A DNA stretch of 63,182 nucleotides, filler included, from Folioceros fuciformis (GCA_049999805.1; 12 parts of 12 records of this genome joined end to end with filler, not necessarily neighbours in it); one strand, 5' to 3'. Positions 1 through 13,254 are shown, numbered from the whole stretch's first letter. Notes: generated by a model from the letters alone, not told the origin. Numbers and translations: made by a program.

Positions 1-270
1 CCTGGACAGCCGCTGACGCCAGGACCTTACTGGGTTGTGGCCATCACTGGGGAGGCAAGCCAGGGCTACGAGGCTGCCGTCGTTTTCTCGTGCACCCAGT
101 TGTCTGAAGGGGAGATAGACACCGGCATCTTCATCCTGTCCAGAACCCCGACATTGTCCCAAGATGTGACCAACTCCTTGCTAACAAAGGTGGAGGAACT
201 CGGATATAGCTTTACCTGCGATGATCCTTTCCTCTTCACCGTACAAGATCGTCAAATCTGCCCAAACTGA
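1..270 (+). CDS. Lipocalin-family protein, 3' end (5' truncated by window edge)
   Basis: Open frame from base 1: GPYWVVA...YEAAVVFSC...IFILSRTPTLSQDVTNSLLTKVEELGY...TVQ. This matches lipocalin SCR2/SCR3 (YWV..., ILSRTP.L, helix, LG[YF]). Stop TGA at 268-270. Confidence 0.8.
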   Translation, partial: PGQPLTPGPYWVVAITGEASQGYEAAVVFSCTQLSEGEIDTGIFILSRTPTLSQDVTNSLLTKVEELGYSFTCDDPFLFTVQDRQICPN

Positions 271-519
271 CTCCAGTAGAAGGAGGGTACTCTTGCATTT
301 AGATCTGAAGTGTTACATGACTGCAGTACCCTATACTGCACATAAATACACCCTCCAATTCTCCAACAATTGCTTGATTTTCCAGGATCGTGGATGTCAA
401 ACACGGTTTCAGTGCTTTGCTTTGTCCATGTCTTAAAACTACTTGCCCTTGGCGAACTAACGCTGTCACCGGCCAGTGCACTCCACAAATCACATACCGC
501 AAATCAGAGCCTGCTACAA

Positions 520-1330
520 TCGTCATACGAAACAATAGCCTCTCGGCTGAGCCAATTAAGTGAACACCAAGCCTTGTGGGCAGTCCATGTCACCTTCTTC
601 TAGTGTTCATGCTGTCAAAGACCTGGCCTACATCTGTCAGTTCACCACATCCTGCATACTCAGCAATCAGCACCGTCCATGACACCACATCCTTTGCTTC
701 CATGCTGTCAGCAACCCTGGTGTGAACCTTCCAGTTCACCGCTTCTAGCAGGCAGTTTCCAACTAAAACGTTTAATCAGCAATCCGCATTCCAAAATCTG
801 TGAGCGCTGCTGTCTGCTCTTCAGTTAGACACAAGGCAGGATAGTAGCTTGGTTAGCCAAAACAATGCCTTCTTGCTCCAGTTGATTGTCGACACAGAAC
901 AATAACCTGTTGGCCAAATGCTTCGTAGACAAGAGTACCACGCAATCCGGGCACTCCATGTCAACACACATGTCCATAAAAAACCAGGCGTGCGTCGTTC
1001 AGTCCACCGAATTTGCGTGCCAAGCCATCACAGCATTCCATGTCACCACATCCTTTCTGGCTATACTGTCAAACACCTGGCGGGCACCTTCCAACTTGCC
1101 AGCACATTCTGCACAACCAGACATCCGGGCAAAAACCCGGATATACATGTCCACTACGCAAATCAGTCAACAAGGTCACTCTGCACCACAGGGTTGTGCA
1201 ATTTTCTGCCAGATTCCAAGGCAGCACCAAATGAACAAGCCTGCAGGTATCCTGCATCGTCCAGTTCCCCGCATTCTGAATACTATTCACCAGGTAGGGG
1301 GCACCAAACAAGTTGCCTCAGCTCAAGGAA
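520..1330 (-). pseudogene. Degenerate PLS-class PPR pseudogene
   Basis: Minus-strand fragments GKLEGARQVFDSIARKDVVTWNAVMA, DSMEAKDVVSWTVLIAEYAGCGELTDVGQVFDSM, broken by stops and frameshifts. Boundaries approximate. Confidence 0.75.
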
Positions 1331-1819
1331 CTCAGCTCCGACAAACCGCCAGGAGGCCATAGCTCGACTTAACCTGAAGGCATTCGTGATGAGGGTCAGC
1401 ACGAGGCCGCACAATCACACGCGCACACCCACAAATTCTGTGGAACAGAAGTCCTTCTGCACAACAGATTCCAGGGCTCCGACGGCTTCACCAGCAGACG
1501 AAAAGCTCACAAATCCAGCCGTTACGACGCCCATATCCGATCCTGCGCGCCTCCCCGGTTCAGGGGTTATAGGGGGCAAGACACCAGCGTGGAAGCGGGC
1601 ACCCTGACCGAATTCAGGGGCCGGGTGTCCGCGCTTTAGTTTAAAAGGATACAACGTCGGTCTGCTGTTGTTTGCTCTGGTTAACCGGAGTTAGTTGAAC
1701 CCGTCTATGCGCTTAGTGCGTCTTCATCCTCACAGTGTTGCCTTCCCTGATCTGTCGATCTGCTTCCGGCTTCGTCTGCATCTGAGCTTCGAGCTTTGGA
1801 GCGCGGGTGTGAAGAAAGC

Positions 1820-2151
1820 ATGTCTGCATCGGGAGCGCAGCCGTTTTGGCGAGCAGCCGGAATGACCTACGTTGCCTACGCCAACACGTGTGCAGCCATG
1901 GTGCGCAAGTGCTTGAAGGAGCCTTTCAAGACGCAGGTTGCCACTCGGGAGCAAGTTCACTACAAGTTCGTCAAATGGCAAGACGGCGTTCCGCAGAAGC
2001 CCGGTGCGTCCTCATGTTCTCTTGCCTTTTCTGCTGATTCCGGTGGTGCAGGTTTTGAGGGTAGGTTTGGGATTTGTGTTGATCTGTGTTTGGTTGCTTG
2101 TGGATTGCAGTGGTTCGTGCTACTCCCACGGTTGCAGGTGGCAAGAAGTGA
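1820..2151 (+). CDS. ATP5E: Mitochondrial ATP synthase F1 epsilon subunit (74 aa; exons 1820-2003, 2111-2151)
   Basis: [37 protein letters not shown]...[10 protein letters not shown] carries the WRAAGMTY family signature. GT-AG intron 2004-2110 gives the C-terminus [13 protein letters not shown]. Confidence 0.95.
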
Positions 2152-2551
2152 AGAGATTTGTTGTAGGTTAGCTTGGAGTGAAGGGCCGAGCAGGTTGCAG
2201 CTTGGCAGTGCCAGAGTAGCTGACTATGGAGGACAGCTCTTCGGTTGAATCCTCCTGGCTGAAGGCGGGCAGTGTGCTTAATGGAGCTGTTTCACAGCGG
2301 TTTTTGTATGCGGACAATCTGTAAACGCTTTATAATGAGACCTTGGTTGTGTGGTGCTTACTTGAGGGAACCTGCACCTGGATGATGCAGGGTCGGAAGG
2401 TCAGAGTAAACCCTGGAAATCAGCATCTGGGGAAAGTGGCTGCATTACGAAACGTTCACCTGGGTTTACCATGTGCAAGGGTCCATCCTGGAATGGCTTG
2501 GCAGGCCGATGGCCAGGGATGACTTCAGAAGCATCCTCATGATTTTTGACC

Positions 2552-2712
2552 AATGAATTTTTCTTGCTCCTTTTGCATTGCAGTTGTTCCTTGCCCGTTT
2601 TGCGTTACAGTTGTTTTCAGATCAATGAATTGTTGCTTGCCCGTTTTGCGTTACAATTGTTGTCAGACTCATGAATTGTTGCTTGCTCTTCTTGCATTGT
2701 AGTTGTCATTTT
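2552..2712. repeat. Degenerate ~50-bp tandem repeat
   Basis: Recurring atgaattgttgcttgc / ttgcccgttttgcgttaca.ttgtt units between the convergent ATP5E and GH3 3' ends. Confidence 0.6.
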
Positions 2713-2911
2713 GGCAGGGTACTCGCACTCTTGCAGTAGCTAGGCTAGTTTTTGAGGGTGTGTACTACCTCGTAGCACATTCGTCGGGTTTTCTCGTCTT
2801 CTTTTCTTGCAAGGATGAGGATCAACATGAACAAGAAGGAACTTTACAAGGTTGAAAAGTTGCCTGCGGCAGTGTGCAAAATCAGGACAGCTTGCGCAGA
2901 ACAGAAGTTTG

Positions 2912-4985
2912 CTATCCTTGAGATGCCGGATTGAGATTGCTGTGAGGAGGTGGGCGAGGACTCCGGGCGCTCTCTAGGACTGCCGATTCCAGAACATTGA
3001 TAGCAGGACTACCAGCTTTGAAGAGTCTCGGTGTCTTGTACTGCGCCCCAGAGGCGTCCCGGCCCACAGCAAGCTGTATAACATGGTGAAAGCTTTGGAG
3101 CTCCACGATTTTCAGCTCCAGTGGAGCTATGGCCCCCTGGTTGCGCCCTCTCCTGTAAGGCTCGCTCAGGGCAGCCTCCATGTAGAGGCAGCACTCTTCC
3201 AGGGCTGATGCACCCAAGGTTTTACCACTGGTGACCGCCCAGAATATGACGTAGTGTCCTGGCAATGTGGATAGGCTAACGTAGCTAGTAAAATCCAGCA
3301 GTTGCAGATCTGTCGGAAGATGGAACTTGGCAGCCATGCTGACGACCTCTAGCAGTTCCTTCTCTTCAGTTTTGTCTGTGTGCACAGACAGGATGACGTT
3401 TTTTCGACCCACAAACTGGAACTTGGGGGAATTGTGGTAGAATCCTACGCACCGTAGGGTGTCACCCATTCGGTAGCGCCACAGACCTGCCGGCAGATCT
3501 TTGTCAGCTGGTGAGAGAAAGCTATGCCGTAGGGGGGTGCGTTCATTTAAAACCAAATGACCGGCGTGCTTCTTACCAGAACAAGTGGTGACCACTAGCT
3601 CGTACTCCTGTCCTTCTTTCACAGCTGTGAGGTCCACGATCTTCAAGGGTTCTTCACCGCTTTCTTGGTCTGGCAACAGGAACTCGAAGAAGGCAGCATC
3701 GGGGGCCATCACAAAGGCGACCTCTGCAGGTGGACTTTCTACTTCCGCATTGAATGCGAAATAGCCCTCAGACGAGGCATAACCAGGAGAAATGAGGTGC
3801 ATCTTGCCTCCCGTGAGCAAATTGAGGTAGTCCACGTACATGGCCATGGAGCCCGTGGTGGTCACAGTCACATACCGAGCATTTGGCCAGAGGCGAGATA
3901 GAATTCCAGCCCAGTCTTTGGAACATTCCGCTCTGATCAAGTTTGCAAGCTCTGGGTTGGGCTTGACCAGGAGCTTGGAAACAGCTCTTCGGGTGGGTTC
4001 ATCTGTGATTCCGCTGCTGAGCTCACCTCCTTCTATGTCGTTGCAGATTTCCTCCCAGTGCCGCTTAAACAGGTCTATGGTACTCACAAAAGCTGAGGCA
4101 AAACCTGTCGTGATTCCCACCACCTCCGAGTAGCGAAGCAAGCCGCAGAGCAAATGACAATACGTGGCTTGCTTGTAGTCTTCACAGAAGATGACTTCAT
4201 CCGGGCTGCAGGACTTTGAAGAAGCATCTCGACTTCTTTGCCTGAACAAAGGACTCTTGAGGGTGGATGTGAAAGAAGTCCCAACAGGCAGGCCAACTGG
4301 ACTCGTGGTTTGCTTTGTAACGGACGCCAATGCCAGGCGAGGACCAGAAGGATCGCTCGCCCCGAAACGACTCCTGAATGACGTTCCCGGTGAACACAGC
4401 AACAGCAGAATGAAACCCAGCAAATTGTGAGCAGATGGAAGCACAAACAGAAAGGGTCAATACTCTCGGGTGAGCTTACATCTTGAAAGCAAGGTCCATG
4501 TAGTGCAGCACCCTAAAGGTGATTCGGGTCGCGGATTCCGTAGTCGGGAAGTACTTGCTCTTGCCAGAGGACGTCCCTGAGCTGCAGGTGCATGGACATT
4601 CATTCTCAGGAATTTTGGTCAGCATCGGAGCAAGTACTGCGCTAAACTCCTGTCTGGAGACCTTCTCAGTCTTGGGCATTTCGAATCGGCAGAGGTTGCA
4701 CCTGACAAAGAACTCTGTGGTCTTGTCGCAGCAAAGGATGTTGGAAGTATCCCCTGCCAGAATCCTCTGAATGTCCTTCTCCACTGCATCGTACTGGATG
4801 ATGGGCACCCGTTGTTTGAACTCAGTCACGTCGGTGCTGCCGTCCACACCAAGCCTGTTGAGGTACTCGCATCCCGTGTGCTGGTGCAACAAGTCTTCCA
4901 GGAACCTCCTTTGCACTGCCCCGGCATCCTCCAGCAACGCATGCAGTTCTGTAATTTGCGACTGTGTTTTCTCCCGCTCTCCCAT
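2912..4985 (-). CDS. GH3: GH3 acyl-acid amido synthetase, copy 1, intact (exons 4985-4702, 4581-4480, 4373-3577, 3486-2912)
   Basis: GH3 motifs SSGTSSGKSK, YASSE, YRMGD, PGHYVIFW and QYKTPR. Three GT-AG introns give a continuous frame. Confidence 0.93.
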
Positions 4986-5716
4986 CCTGTCGCCTGCTCA
5001 CTACCTTTCACATCACTGCTTGCGGACGAGTGTCGTCCAAGTATAAACCCGTTGCGTCATTCCCACCAACGCTTTTTACACAGAAACGCTGGACACGTTT
5101 GCTCTACCGCTTTACTCAGTTCTTGGCGCTTGAGAAGGAGAGTAACTTCCGCCGAAGTCCAGCTGAATGGAGAACCTCAAACCATTTATTTGTGTGCTGC
5201 CACGTCTCGGCAATCTGTAACACGCTGTGGTGCAGCTGTCCGGCAGATATTGTTCACATGTAATCATCATACGATGCCCGACTAGGTGCACAATTAAAAT
5301 ATACATACGTGTACAATATGACATGACTTGTCATCTCTCCCGCTCTCTGTCTCTTGGCCCATATTGGAGTACCCTAAACCCTGGTTCGGGGTAGCCAGTT
5401 TTGCCACACCCCTTCGTATTCATAATGTCTCCACTCCACCCTTGTAGGTACTGTATGACAAGCAAGAAACACACCGCCGATTTTGAGGTGGTCTCCACCC
5501 TCTGGACATGACGAGCACGACGCGCACTGCCGATTTTAGTAAGGTCTCCACCCGAGCGGCTACGACAAGCAAGACATGCTCGACCAAGCACATCTTCTGG
5601 GGACCAGCGCGAGGATGATGACACAGAGCTGGGACTCCAGGGTCTCCCAGGGGCAATGCATGCCACACTGTTTGCCGTCCGGGCTATAATGCCTTCCCTT
5701 CCTTCACAGCTTCGCT

Positions 5717-7905
5717 TCAGACATCTGGCGTGACAGCACCGTCAGGGTTGAGCTTGTGGTGAGGAGGCGGCCTAGGGCTCCTGGCCGTCTCCGAAACCCC
5801 GGCATCCAGAACGCCCCGCGCGGGGTGGCCACTTGGGTGGCTCCTCGGAGTCTTGTATTGCGCGTCGGAGGTTCCCCGTTGCACAGCTAAGCTCCGGATT
5901 GTAGCGAAGGTCCCAGCCTCCACAACCTTGAGCTCCAGAGGAGCGATCTGCCCGATGTTGCGTCCTCTCCTGTAAGACTCGCTCAGACCAGCTTCCACGG
6001 CCACAGCCACGGCTTCTAGAGGCTCCTGACCAACGTGGATCTTTCCCGTGCCAGTGCCGGTGCCTGTGAGCTCCAGAATGATCACATAATGGCCGGGGAT
6101 GGCAGATACGCTGGCATAGCTTGTGAAGTCGAAGAGCTGCACGTTTTCAGGCAAGTGCAGCGTGGCAGCTGCGGTGACCGCCTGGATCAGCTCCTGTTCC
6201 TCTGTTTTCTCTGTGTTGATGCTCAGGATGACGTTCCTGCGTCCTACGATCTGGAATTTGGGGGCCATGTGGTAGTAGCCTACGCACTTGACAATATCTC
6301 CTATTCTGTACCTCCATAAACCTGCAAAACAAGAGGTGGGGTCAGACATCGAAAACGGTCGGCTGGGGGCTTGCCCTGGACTCAACGTTGCTCGTGTATC
6401 TGTCGCAACAAAAGCAACGGGAGCCTACCCGAGCCGTTGGATACCACCACCTCGTACTCTTGGCCTTCTTCAACATCGGCGAGATCAACAACTGTGGTCC
6501 GCTCATCGCCAACAGACTTGCTTCGCACAGGCAGGAACTCAAAGTAATAGAAGCTTGGCAGGAAGACGTAGAACACCTGGTGCGGAAGAGTCGATGGATA
6601 CGGGTTGATGCCGTAGGCTCCTTCAGATCCTGTATAGACAGACGACACAATGGGGAGACGGCCGGCGCTCAGGAAGTTAAGGTTGTCCACATACTGGATC
6701 ATGGAGCCAGTTGCTATGCATCGGAGAGTCTTAGTCCTCGGCCAAAGACGAAGCAGGATTCCCTCCCAGGACTCTTTCCCGCATTCTGCTCTGATGAAGT
6801 TGGCCAGCTCAGGATTTGGTTGCTCCAGAAGCTTGCCGACAGCCTAACGAAGGGCGGGGTCCGTGATCTTGCTGCTCAGTTCTCCAATTTCTATGTCCCC
6901 GCTTATCTCCTCCCAGCTGTCCTTGAGCAGGATGAAGGCATTGGCCAACCCCGAGGCCAGGAGACTGCACAAATTCGTGACTTCCGCGGAGCGGATCAGA
7001 CCGCACACAAGATGGCAGTACACCGCCTGGTGGTGATCCTCGGAGAGAACCACAGCAGGCGGACTGACATATCTGTAGGCATAGTTTGATGCCGTAGCAA
7101 GTGCTCGGATTACGGGACCGCTACCTCCTCCCAAAAGTAAACCTCCGGGAGTCTCCGACTGTTTGTTCATGGACACGAACAACAATTCCAAGCCTGATGC
7201 TTCCTCCTCTCCGAATTCCCTGCAGGCACAGATGATGCAGGTAGCTTTATGACTTACACGAAGAGAGGAATCAGGACTGACAAATTGAGCAGGACGATGG
7301 CCGCAGCCCGGGAATGCCACTCACAGTACTCGAAATGCTTCAACCGCCTTCGCATGACTATGGACGGCCAGATTCCGGACCGCAGTGACAGGGAACACTT
7401 TTCGCTTTCCGGAGGTAGTCCCTGAGCTGCAGGGAGACACAAAATCTTGCGGTCATTGATCGCTTCCGAGCCCCTCACTCCACAAGATCAACCCGCAATG
7501 ACATGCTGGCTGGCTACTGAATTCATGCACATCACTGACAAGAATCCTAAATTTCGAGATCCAGCCCTGCCTGGCGTAGAACTCCAACACCGGCTCGGTG
7601 CTGAGCACCGGAGACTTATCCCCGTGCACAAGTCGCGCAACATCTGCTTCAATGGCATCGTACTCGACGACAGGAATGAGCTTCTTGAAAGACTCCACGT
7701 CCATCCTCCCATGCAGCCCGTGCCGCTGCAGGTACTCACATCCGGCGTTCTTCTCCAACAAGGCTTCCAGCGCCATCTGCTGCTCCTCCCTGGTTCTCTC
7801 AAGCTGCTTGTGCACCTCCGCAACCACTTCCAGCGCTTGCTTCTTACCCTCGGTCAAGGTAGCCTTGTTCCTCTGCACCGCGACTTCCTATCCACTGTTC
7901 CCCAT
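5717..7905 (-). pseudogene. GH3: GH3 copy 2, probable pseudogene (exons 7905-7571, 7426-7325, 7219-6429, 6321-5717)
   Basis: Same 4-exon layout and motifs (SSGTTSGKRK, YTGSE, YRIGD, QYKTPR). In-frame TAG at 7888-7890 (codon 6) and 6844-6846. Intron 1 donor is GC at the homologous position. Confidence 0.85.
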
Positions 7906-8426
7906 CTTGCTCCGGAGTGTTAAATGCCCGCTTGTTTCTGCTCAAGATATCTTATTGAGCTACCACTGATAAAAGGTTGTTCAACGTGCAGTTTGTGCCC
8001 AGGTCGATACACCTGCATCCTGCGCAACAGGAATTAATGACATCGGATAGGATCCGAATCAGTCACATGGAACCATCGATCTGTAGACACGGGTTCGGAT
8101 GAGTCTACCTACATATGTACCTGGACAAGCAGGGGCATTCAAGCTCGCAGTATCACGAGAATGATAATTGAAAGCCGGCAGGACCGTCCAACCTAATCTA
8201 CTAGAGGATTGCATTTTTAAGTCTCTTCATGCGAATTTGCGAGTTTGCAGTCAGCACTTTCCAGGCATAAAGGTGTCAGATTCTACTGCTGGGAAGGACA
8301 CATCCTGCAAGTGATCCTGCTGCTAGACGACTTTAGTCCTATGAGACACCATGGATTTAGATTTCTAGCTGACATAGGGTTGAGATGTGTTCAGGAGCTC
8401 GAGGTAAAGTATCCGCCGGATGTTTC

Positions 8427-10511
8427 CTAGCCACCGGCTTGCAGATTTCCTGGAGGAAAAGTTGGCGGATTCAGCGTGGGATGAGGAGGTGGCCGCGTGC
8501 TATTTGCTCTCTCCTTGACCGCCGCATGCAGGATTTGCAAGGCGGAATGACCGGTTTTGAAGCCCCTGGGAACTTTGTATTGGGTGCTGGCGCTTCCCAG
8601 CTGCACTGCAGCTTCTTTGACTTCGTCGAAAGTCCCGGGCCTCACGATGTTCAATTCCAGCGGAGCGATTGTGCCAGTGTTGCGTCCTCTCCGGTAAGGC
8701 TCGCTCAGGTTCGCCTCCATGGACTGGCACATGTCTTCTAGGGTTTGGAAGCTGAGACAGGTTTCCCGGGCCCCTGTGTCCGACGAAAGCTCTAGGAAGA
8801 TCACGTAGTGGCCCGGCAAGGAAGCAACGCTCGTGCAGCTGGTGAAGTCCAGTAGGTGTGTGCTTGCCGGTAAGTGGAGCTTGGCAGCCCGGGTCACAAC
8901 TTGGATGAGCTCCTTCTCCTCCGTTTTGTCAGTATGGATGCTGAGAACGACATTTTTGCGACCAACAAATTGGAATTTCGGAACAGTCTTGCAGTAAAAG
9001 CCGACGCACTTGAACACGTCTCCCATCCTGTACCTCCACAGACCTGTGAATTCCATGTTAACGTTGCGCAACCTCAGCTTCTTCTTGAAAGCAAGAGGGT
9101 GCATTCAATATGAGCGGAGCATCAAACACGGGGGAGTAAGCAGCTCACCGGAGGATGTGGACACCACAAGCTCGTATTCTTGCCCTTCTTGAACCCGTGC
9201 GAGATCGACAATTGCTCCCGCTTTCCCGTTTTCATTTTCATGACCGTTCCCGACGGGATCAAACTCGTAGTATCCGACGTCTGGTTCGAAGACATAGAAT
9301 GTCTCCTCTGGTGGATTGGATAGGCAGGGATTGACGGCGAAGAAGCCCTCGCTGGCTCCATATCCACCCGACGCAATGGGAAGTTTACCGCCGGTGAGGA
9401 GATTCAAGTAGTCAACATACTGAACCATGGAACCTGTTGCGATGCAGGTTACGAACTTCAAATTCGGCCAAAGGCGAAGAAAGATTCCTTCCCAGGAATC
9501 CTTGCTGCATTCGGCTCTGATGAAGTCGGCCAGGTTTGGATTTGGCTTATCCAGAAGCTTGTTCACTTCCGCGCGCGTTGGAAGGTGTGTGATGCTGCTG
9601 CTAAGTTTCCCAGTCTCGATGTCAGTGCAAATCTCCTCCCACCTGTCCTTGAGGACGCGGCTGAAGGCGTTGGCCAACAAGGAGGCGAAGGCAGCGCGCA
9701 GACTGACAACCTCCGAGGAGCTAAGTAGGCCGCAGAGAAGATGGCAGTACATGGCCTGATGGTAATCATCGCACAGCATGACCGATTGTGGACTGGCAAA
9801 CGTCACCACGCGACCTTCTGTTCCTACCGACCGGTGGAGGAGGCCGGAGGTGGATGGCCCGGCTGTGAAGCCTGCCGGAGTCTGGAATTGCGTGCCTACC
9901 GAAGCAAAGCTCACGCTTAACCCCGTAGCGGCTTCCTCTCCAAATGCCCTGCAGCGGCTCCGACATCACTCATCAGTTGAAAGTTGATAATTGTGGACTC
10001 GACTGCCATCCCTGAGAACGGGATGCAATCGGTAGCAGACATGGAGGACTGGAGTCGCTTACCGGATGAAAAAGTCTAAGCGCATGCTCAGCATCTTCTC
10101 GGCTGCAGAGTACCAGGCCTCTGTGACGGGGAACAGCTTCCGCTTGCCAGAGCTCGTCCCAGAACTGCAAAGACCACCACATTTCCAGAATATTGAACGA
10201 TAAAGCTCTGTTCAATGACGTGAAGCAGAGCCGGAGGCTTGATTTGATCACCTGGAGAAGACTTCTACAACCTTATCGCAGCACAGTCCCAGGGAAGGAC
10301 TGTCACCGTTCAGCAGCCTGTAGATGTCTTGCTGGATGGCGTCGTACTCGATTACCGGGATCACCTGCTTGAACGACTCCACGTCCGTCCTACCATTCAA
10401 GCCGTGCCTCTGCAGGTACTCGCAACGGGAGTGCTTGTCAAGTAAGGCGGTGAGAAACTTTTCTTGCCGTTCGGCAAAGCGTTCAAGCAGTATGTCCGCG
10501 GCCGCGGCCAT
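8427..10511 (-). CDS. GH3: GH3 copy 3 (exons 10511-10252, 10164-10063, 9948-9149, 9043-8427)
   Basis: Motifs SSGTSSGKRK, YGASE, YRMGD and QYKVPR, with GT-AG introns at the same positions as copy 1. An upstream in-frame ATG (10583) is cut off by TAA at 10551-10553. Confidence 0.88.
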
Positions 10512-13254
10512 GATCTCGTCGGGTTCAGACAACAGTTCAGTCGTGAACTTTTAAGGAGAGCCAGTCTGAAGTCGGTGGCCCATATCGCACGTAGGTCACG
10601 GGAGTTGCGCAAAGTGATAAGGGAATCATACAGTCCAGTCGCGGCGAAGCTGAAACGTGTCCTCCCCCATGCTGCTCGGCTCCTGTCGGAACGGCTATGT
10701 ACACGTGGTTCCGTAGGTAATTCAGGATCAGGCACCGTCCAATCGAATCGCGTTAGGGGAGGACATTCTTTTGAGTCAGAATATGTCATCAGAGTAGAGT
10801 AGGCCCGGAGAACAACGGACAGGGACGCATAGCATAGCACCCCCCTAATCCGCACCCCCGTACGAGGGACATTCCGACCTCGTGGAACACAAGTTGTCGT
10901 CAGCTTCTAGAGCTTGGCGGTAAACCTCGTGGTACTTGCTTCTTCTAGAACAGCAAGCTTTGTGGTGCTCGACCTTCCTCACATCAGCTTCATGCTTGCA
11001 AGTAATTTGACGCCAGACGGTTCGACGAAATTATTTGCAGCCTGCTGAGCTTACGGTACAACGGCCATCTGAAAAATATGGGGCATGCCTTGATTGGACT
11101 GTTCGATGCTGGCATCACAAAGATCCCTGGGTTGCGTAATGATAGGGACAGGTCACCAGTTTTCCATCTCAGTACACGCATGACCCACGTCCCGTTGCTC
11201 TGTCACTGATTTTATCTTCTCACGTCGCAAGGAAGACACCATGCTCGATATCCTGCAAACAGTGCTTGTATTGCAGCCAGTCTGCTTGACAGCCATCAAG
11301 TGCAGTACAGGGCTGAATACAGATCATTGCGTACACTTTCGGGTCATGGCGGGGAAACATCGTCCACACACAGGGATCGATTACCAACAGATCTGTGTGC
11401 AGTTAAACCAATTTTTCTACTACAAGATGACCACCAAAACAAGACTGTCCCTGAGTCAGCAGCTCTCGAGGCAACAACCCAGACGACAGCATATTCTTGC
11501 CCACTTCAAGAGACCCAATCTCGTTCTGCCATAGGATGGACTTTGCACCATTAGTGGTAGCCATTTGGGAGATTCTAGTAGCATGCTAGCAAGGCTGTAG
11601 GATCTGTCGCCCCACACGTATAAGCAGACCCCTTGTTGATGAGGGAGGCCATGTACATTTCATCGACTGAAAGAAAGCAGACACTGTCAGGTCAAGATGC
11701 TGCCAAACATTCTTACCTTTGCAAGGTCACCAGGCAAGGTCGGCATTGACACTTATGTGTGCAGCGTGGCAGAGGAATAACAACATGCCTGTACCTCGGA
11801 TTCATCTGCTAACATGGAATTTTACGTGGTCAAGGTGAGCAACTGGTTCTCGATTGTCACCTCTCAGCCATATGCTGTTCCTGTCATGTCAAGATGAGTG
11901 GACGGAACTTCAATATGGGATCCATGGGAGTGGCACGTTACCATGTGGATTCCATTGTTATTCCGGTCCGCGGCATGTTTGATTAGCAACAACAGGTTGT
12001 TTGTGACGTTCAGGATCTGCCCTATCCCAAACCACAGTCCGATGCGGCCGTCTGTTGTGCAAGTGCTTCAAAACCTTCCTGAATGTGATCAGGGACGCAC
12101 CGTTTATCTTTCGTTCTACGCTTCAGTCTTCCCACCGACCAATCAAGTCAGCCTGTCGCAGTGAACGACGTTTGGTCAGCTGAAAGTCCTCTGGCGAAGT
12201 CGAGCTGATCCTTCGGAATACAGACTGCTGCAGGCCAACTGCCATGAACTGACTGTGGGGTTGCACTTGAAAGGTACTGACTGGAGTCCTGTGCACGGCT
12301 GGTAGCACAATTCATGACTCTTCCGTCAGTCACAGAAAAAATGTGATGTCGCTCACATCCCATTTGTCAAGGAGCAGCTTTGACACGCATTCGGCTGGTC
12401 CACCCAGTAATTTAGGCCATGAGGTTCTGCCCCATGGATGTAGACACCCAACCACCTCTAGGAGCTAGGTCTTGTATTCCAAGCAAGTGCCTCCCTGGGG
12501 ATCTGCTGCTGTACAACGCACTGTCTAAACAGGGCTTCGCCTCGAGTTGAACACCAAGGCCAGCCCGCCCTCACAACGTGAAAGCAGATTCAAGAAGTTG
12601 TCCAGCGGCGAATAAGGCATCCCTGCCTGTCCTTTGGGTACTAAACGCTTCGCTGCAGACAGCTTCGCAGACCTGCTGCACAATCCAAGCTGATGGGATA
12701 TGCACGTCCTTGCCGAAGTGAGCGGCGAGGGGATTTCAGAGGCTAGAGATGTATTTCGAAGGACTGTGTGAAAGAAATGTGGCAAGTCAGTGAGACCTTG
12801 CATGAAACTGCGCACAAGGGTCACAATGTTCACGACGCACCCAACAAAAATCTACCAAATCACAGAATTAGGAAGTAGAGCCCGGCCCCGGAGACTTCGA
12901 AAGGAATTGTAGTGGTGCACCGCAGGGGTGATGCAGTCACACGTGAGCATGCTAGAATCGGCTGTGGTGCCTTGAACTCGATGTGATCACATCGCTACAG
13001 ACAAGGCAGATGGCAGCATGCATTTAGAATTAACCCACTTGCTCGTAGGATCTGCACCATGACTGTTCAAGTTGTGTATTTTCTTCTCCAATTGGATGCA
13101 GAGGTTTCAACTCCAATCTTGAAACAGCAGAGGTGCATACCTGGATCTCCGTTCCACTCTCACGATCACCACACAACAGTTGCAGATAACTTGCCTGGAC
13201 AACATAAGTCGTGCACAATGATTCGGTTCGCACCCACCCGTTTGCGTTTGACTC

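Noticed and set aside
1796..2248. A 150-aa extended ATP synthase epsilon
   Set aside because: The ORF track reads through intron 2004-2110. The spliced product is a normal 74 aa.
3487..4701. Apparent 30-aa and 40-aa insertions in GH3 copy 1 (also 32 aa at 22950-23045)
   Set aside because: These are stop-free GT-AG introns whose lengths are multiples of 3. The GH3 ones sit at positions shared with the paralogs.
11270..12110. Faint kinase-like words (GHGG...RLP...AVK; RPSVVQVL)
   Set aside because: No HRD, DFG or APE motifs and no consistent frame. At most an unrecognisable relic.
12400..13250. A hidden DYW/GRP/DRH deaminase domain downstream of the first PPR
   Set aside because: I found no HxE or CxxCH motif in the minus-strand frames I read.
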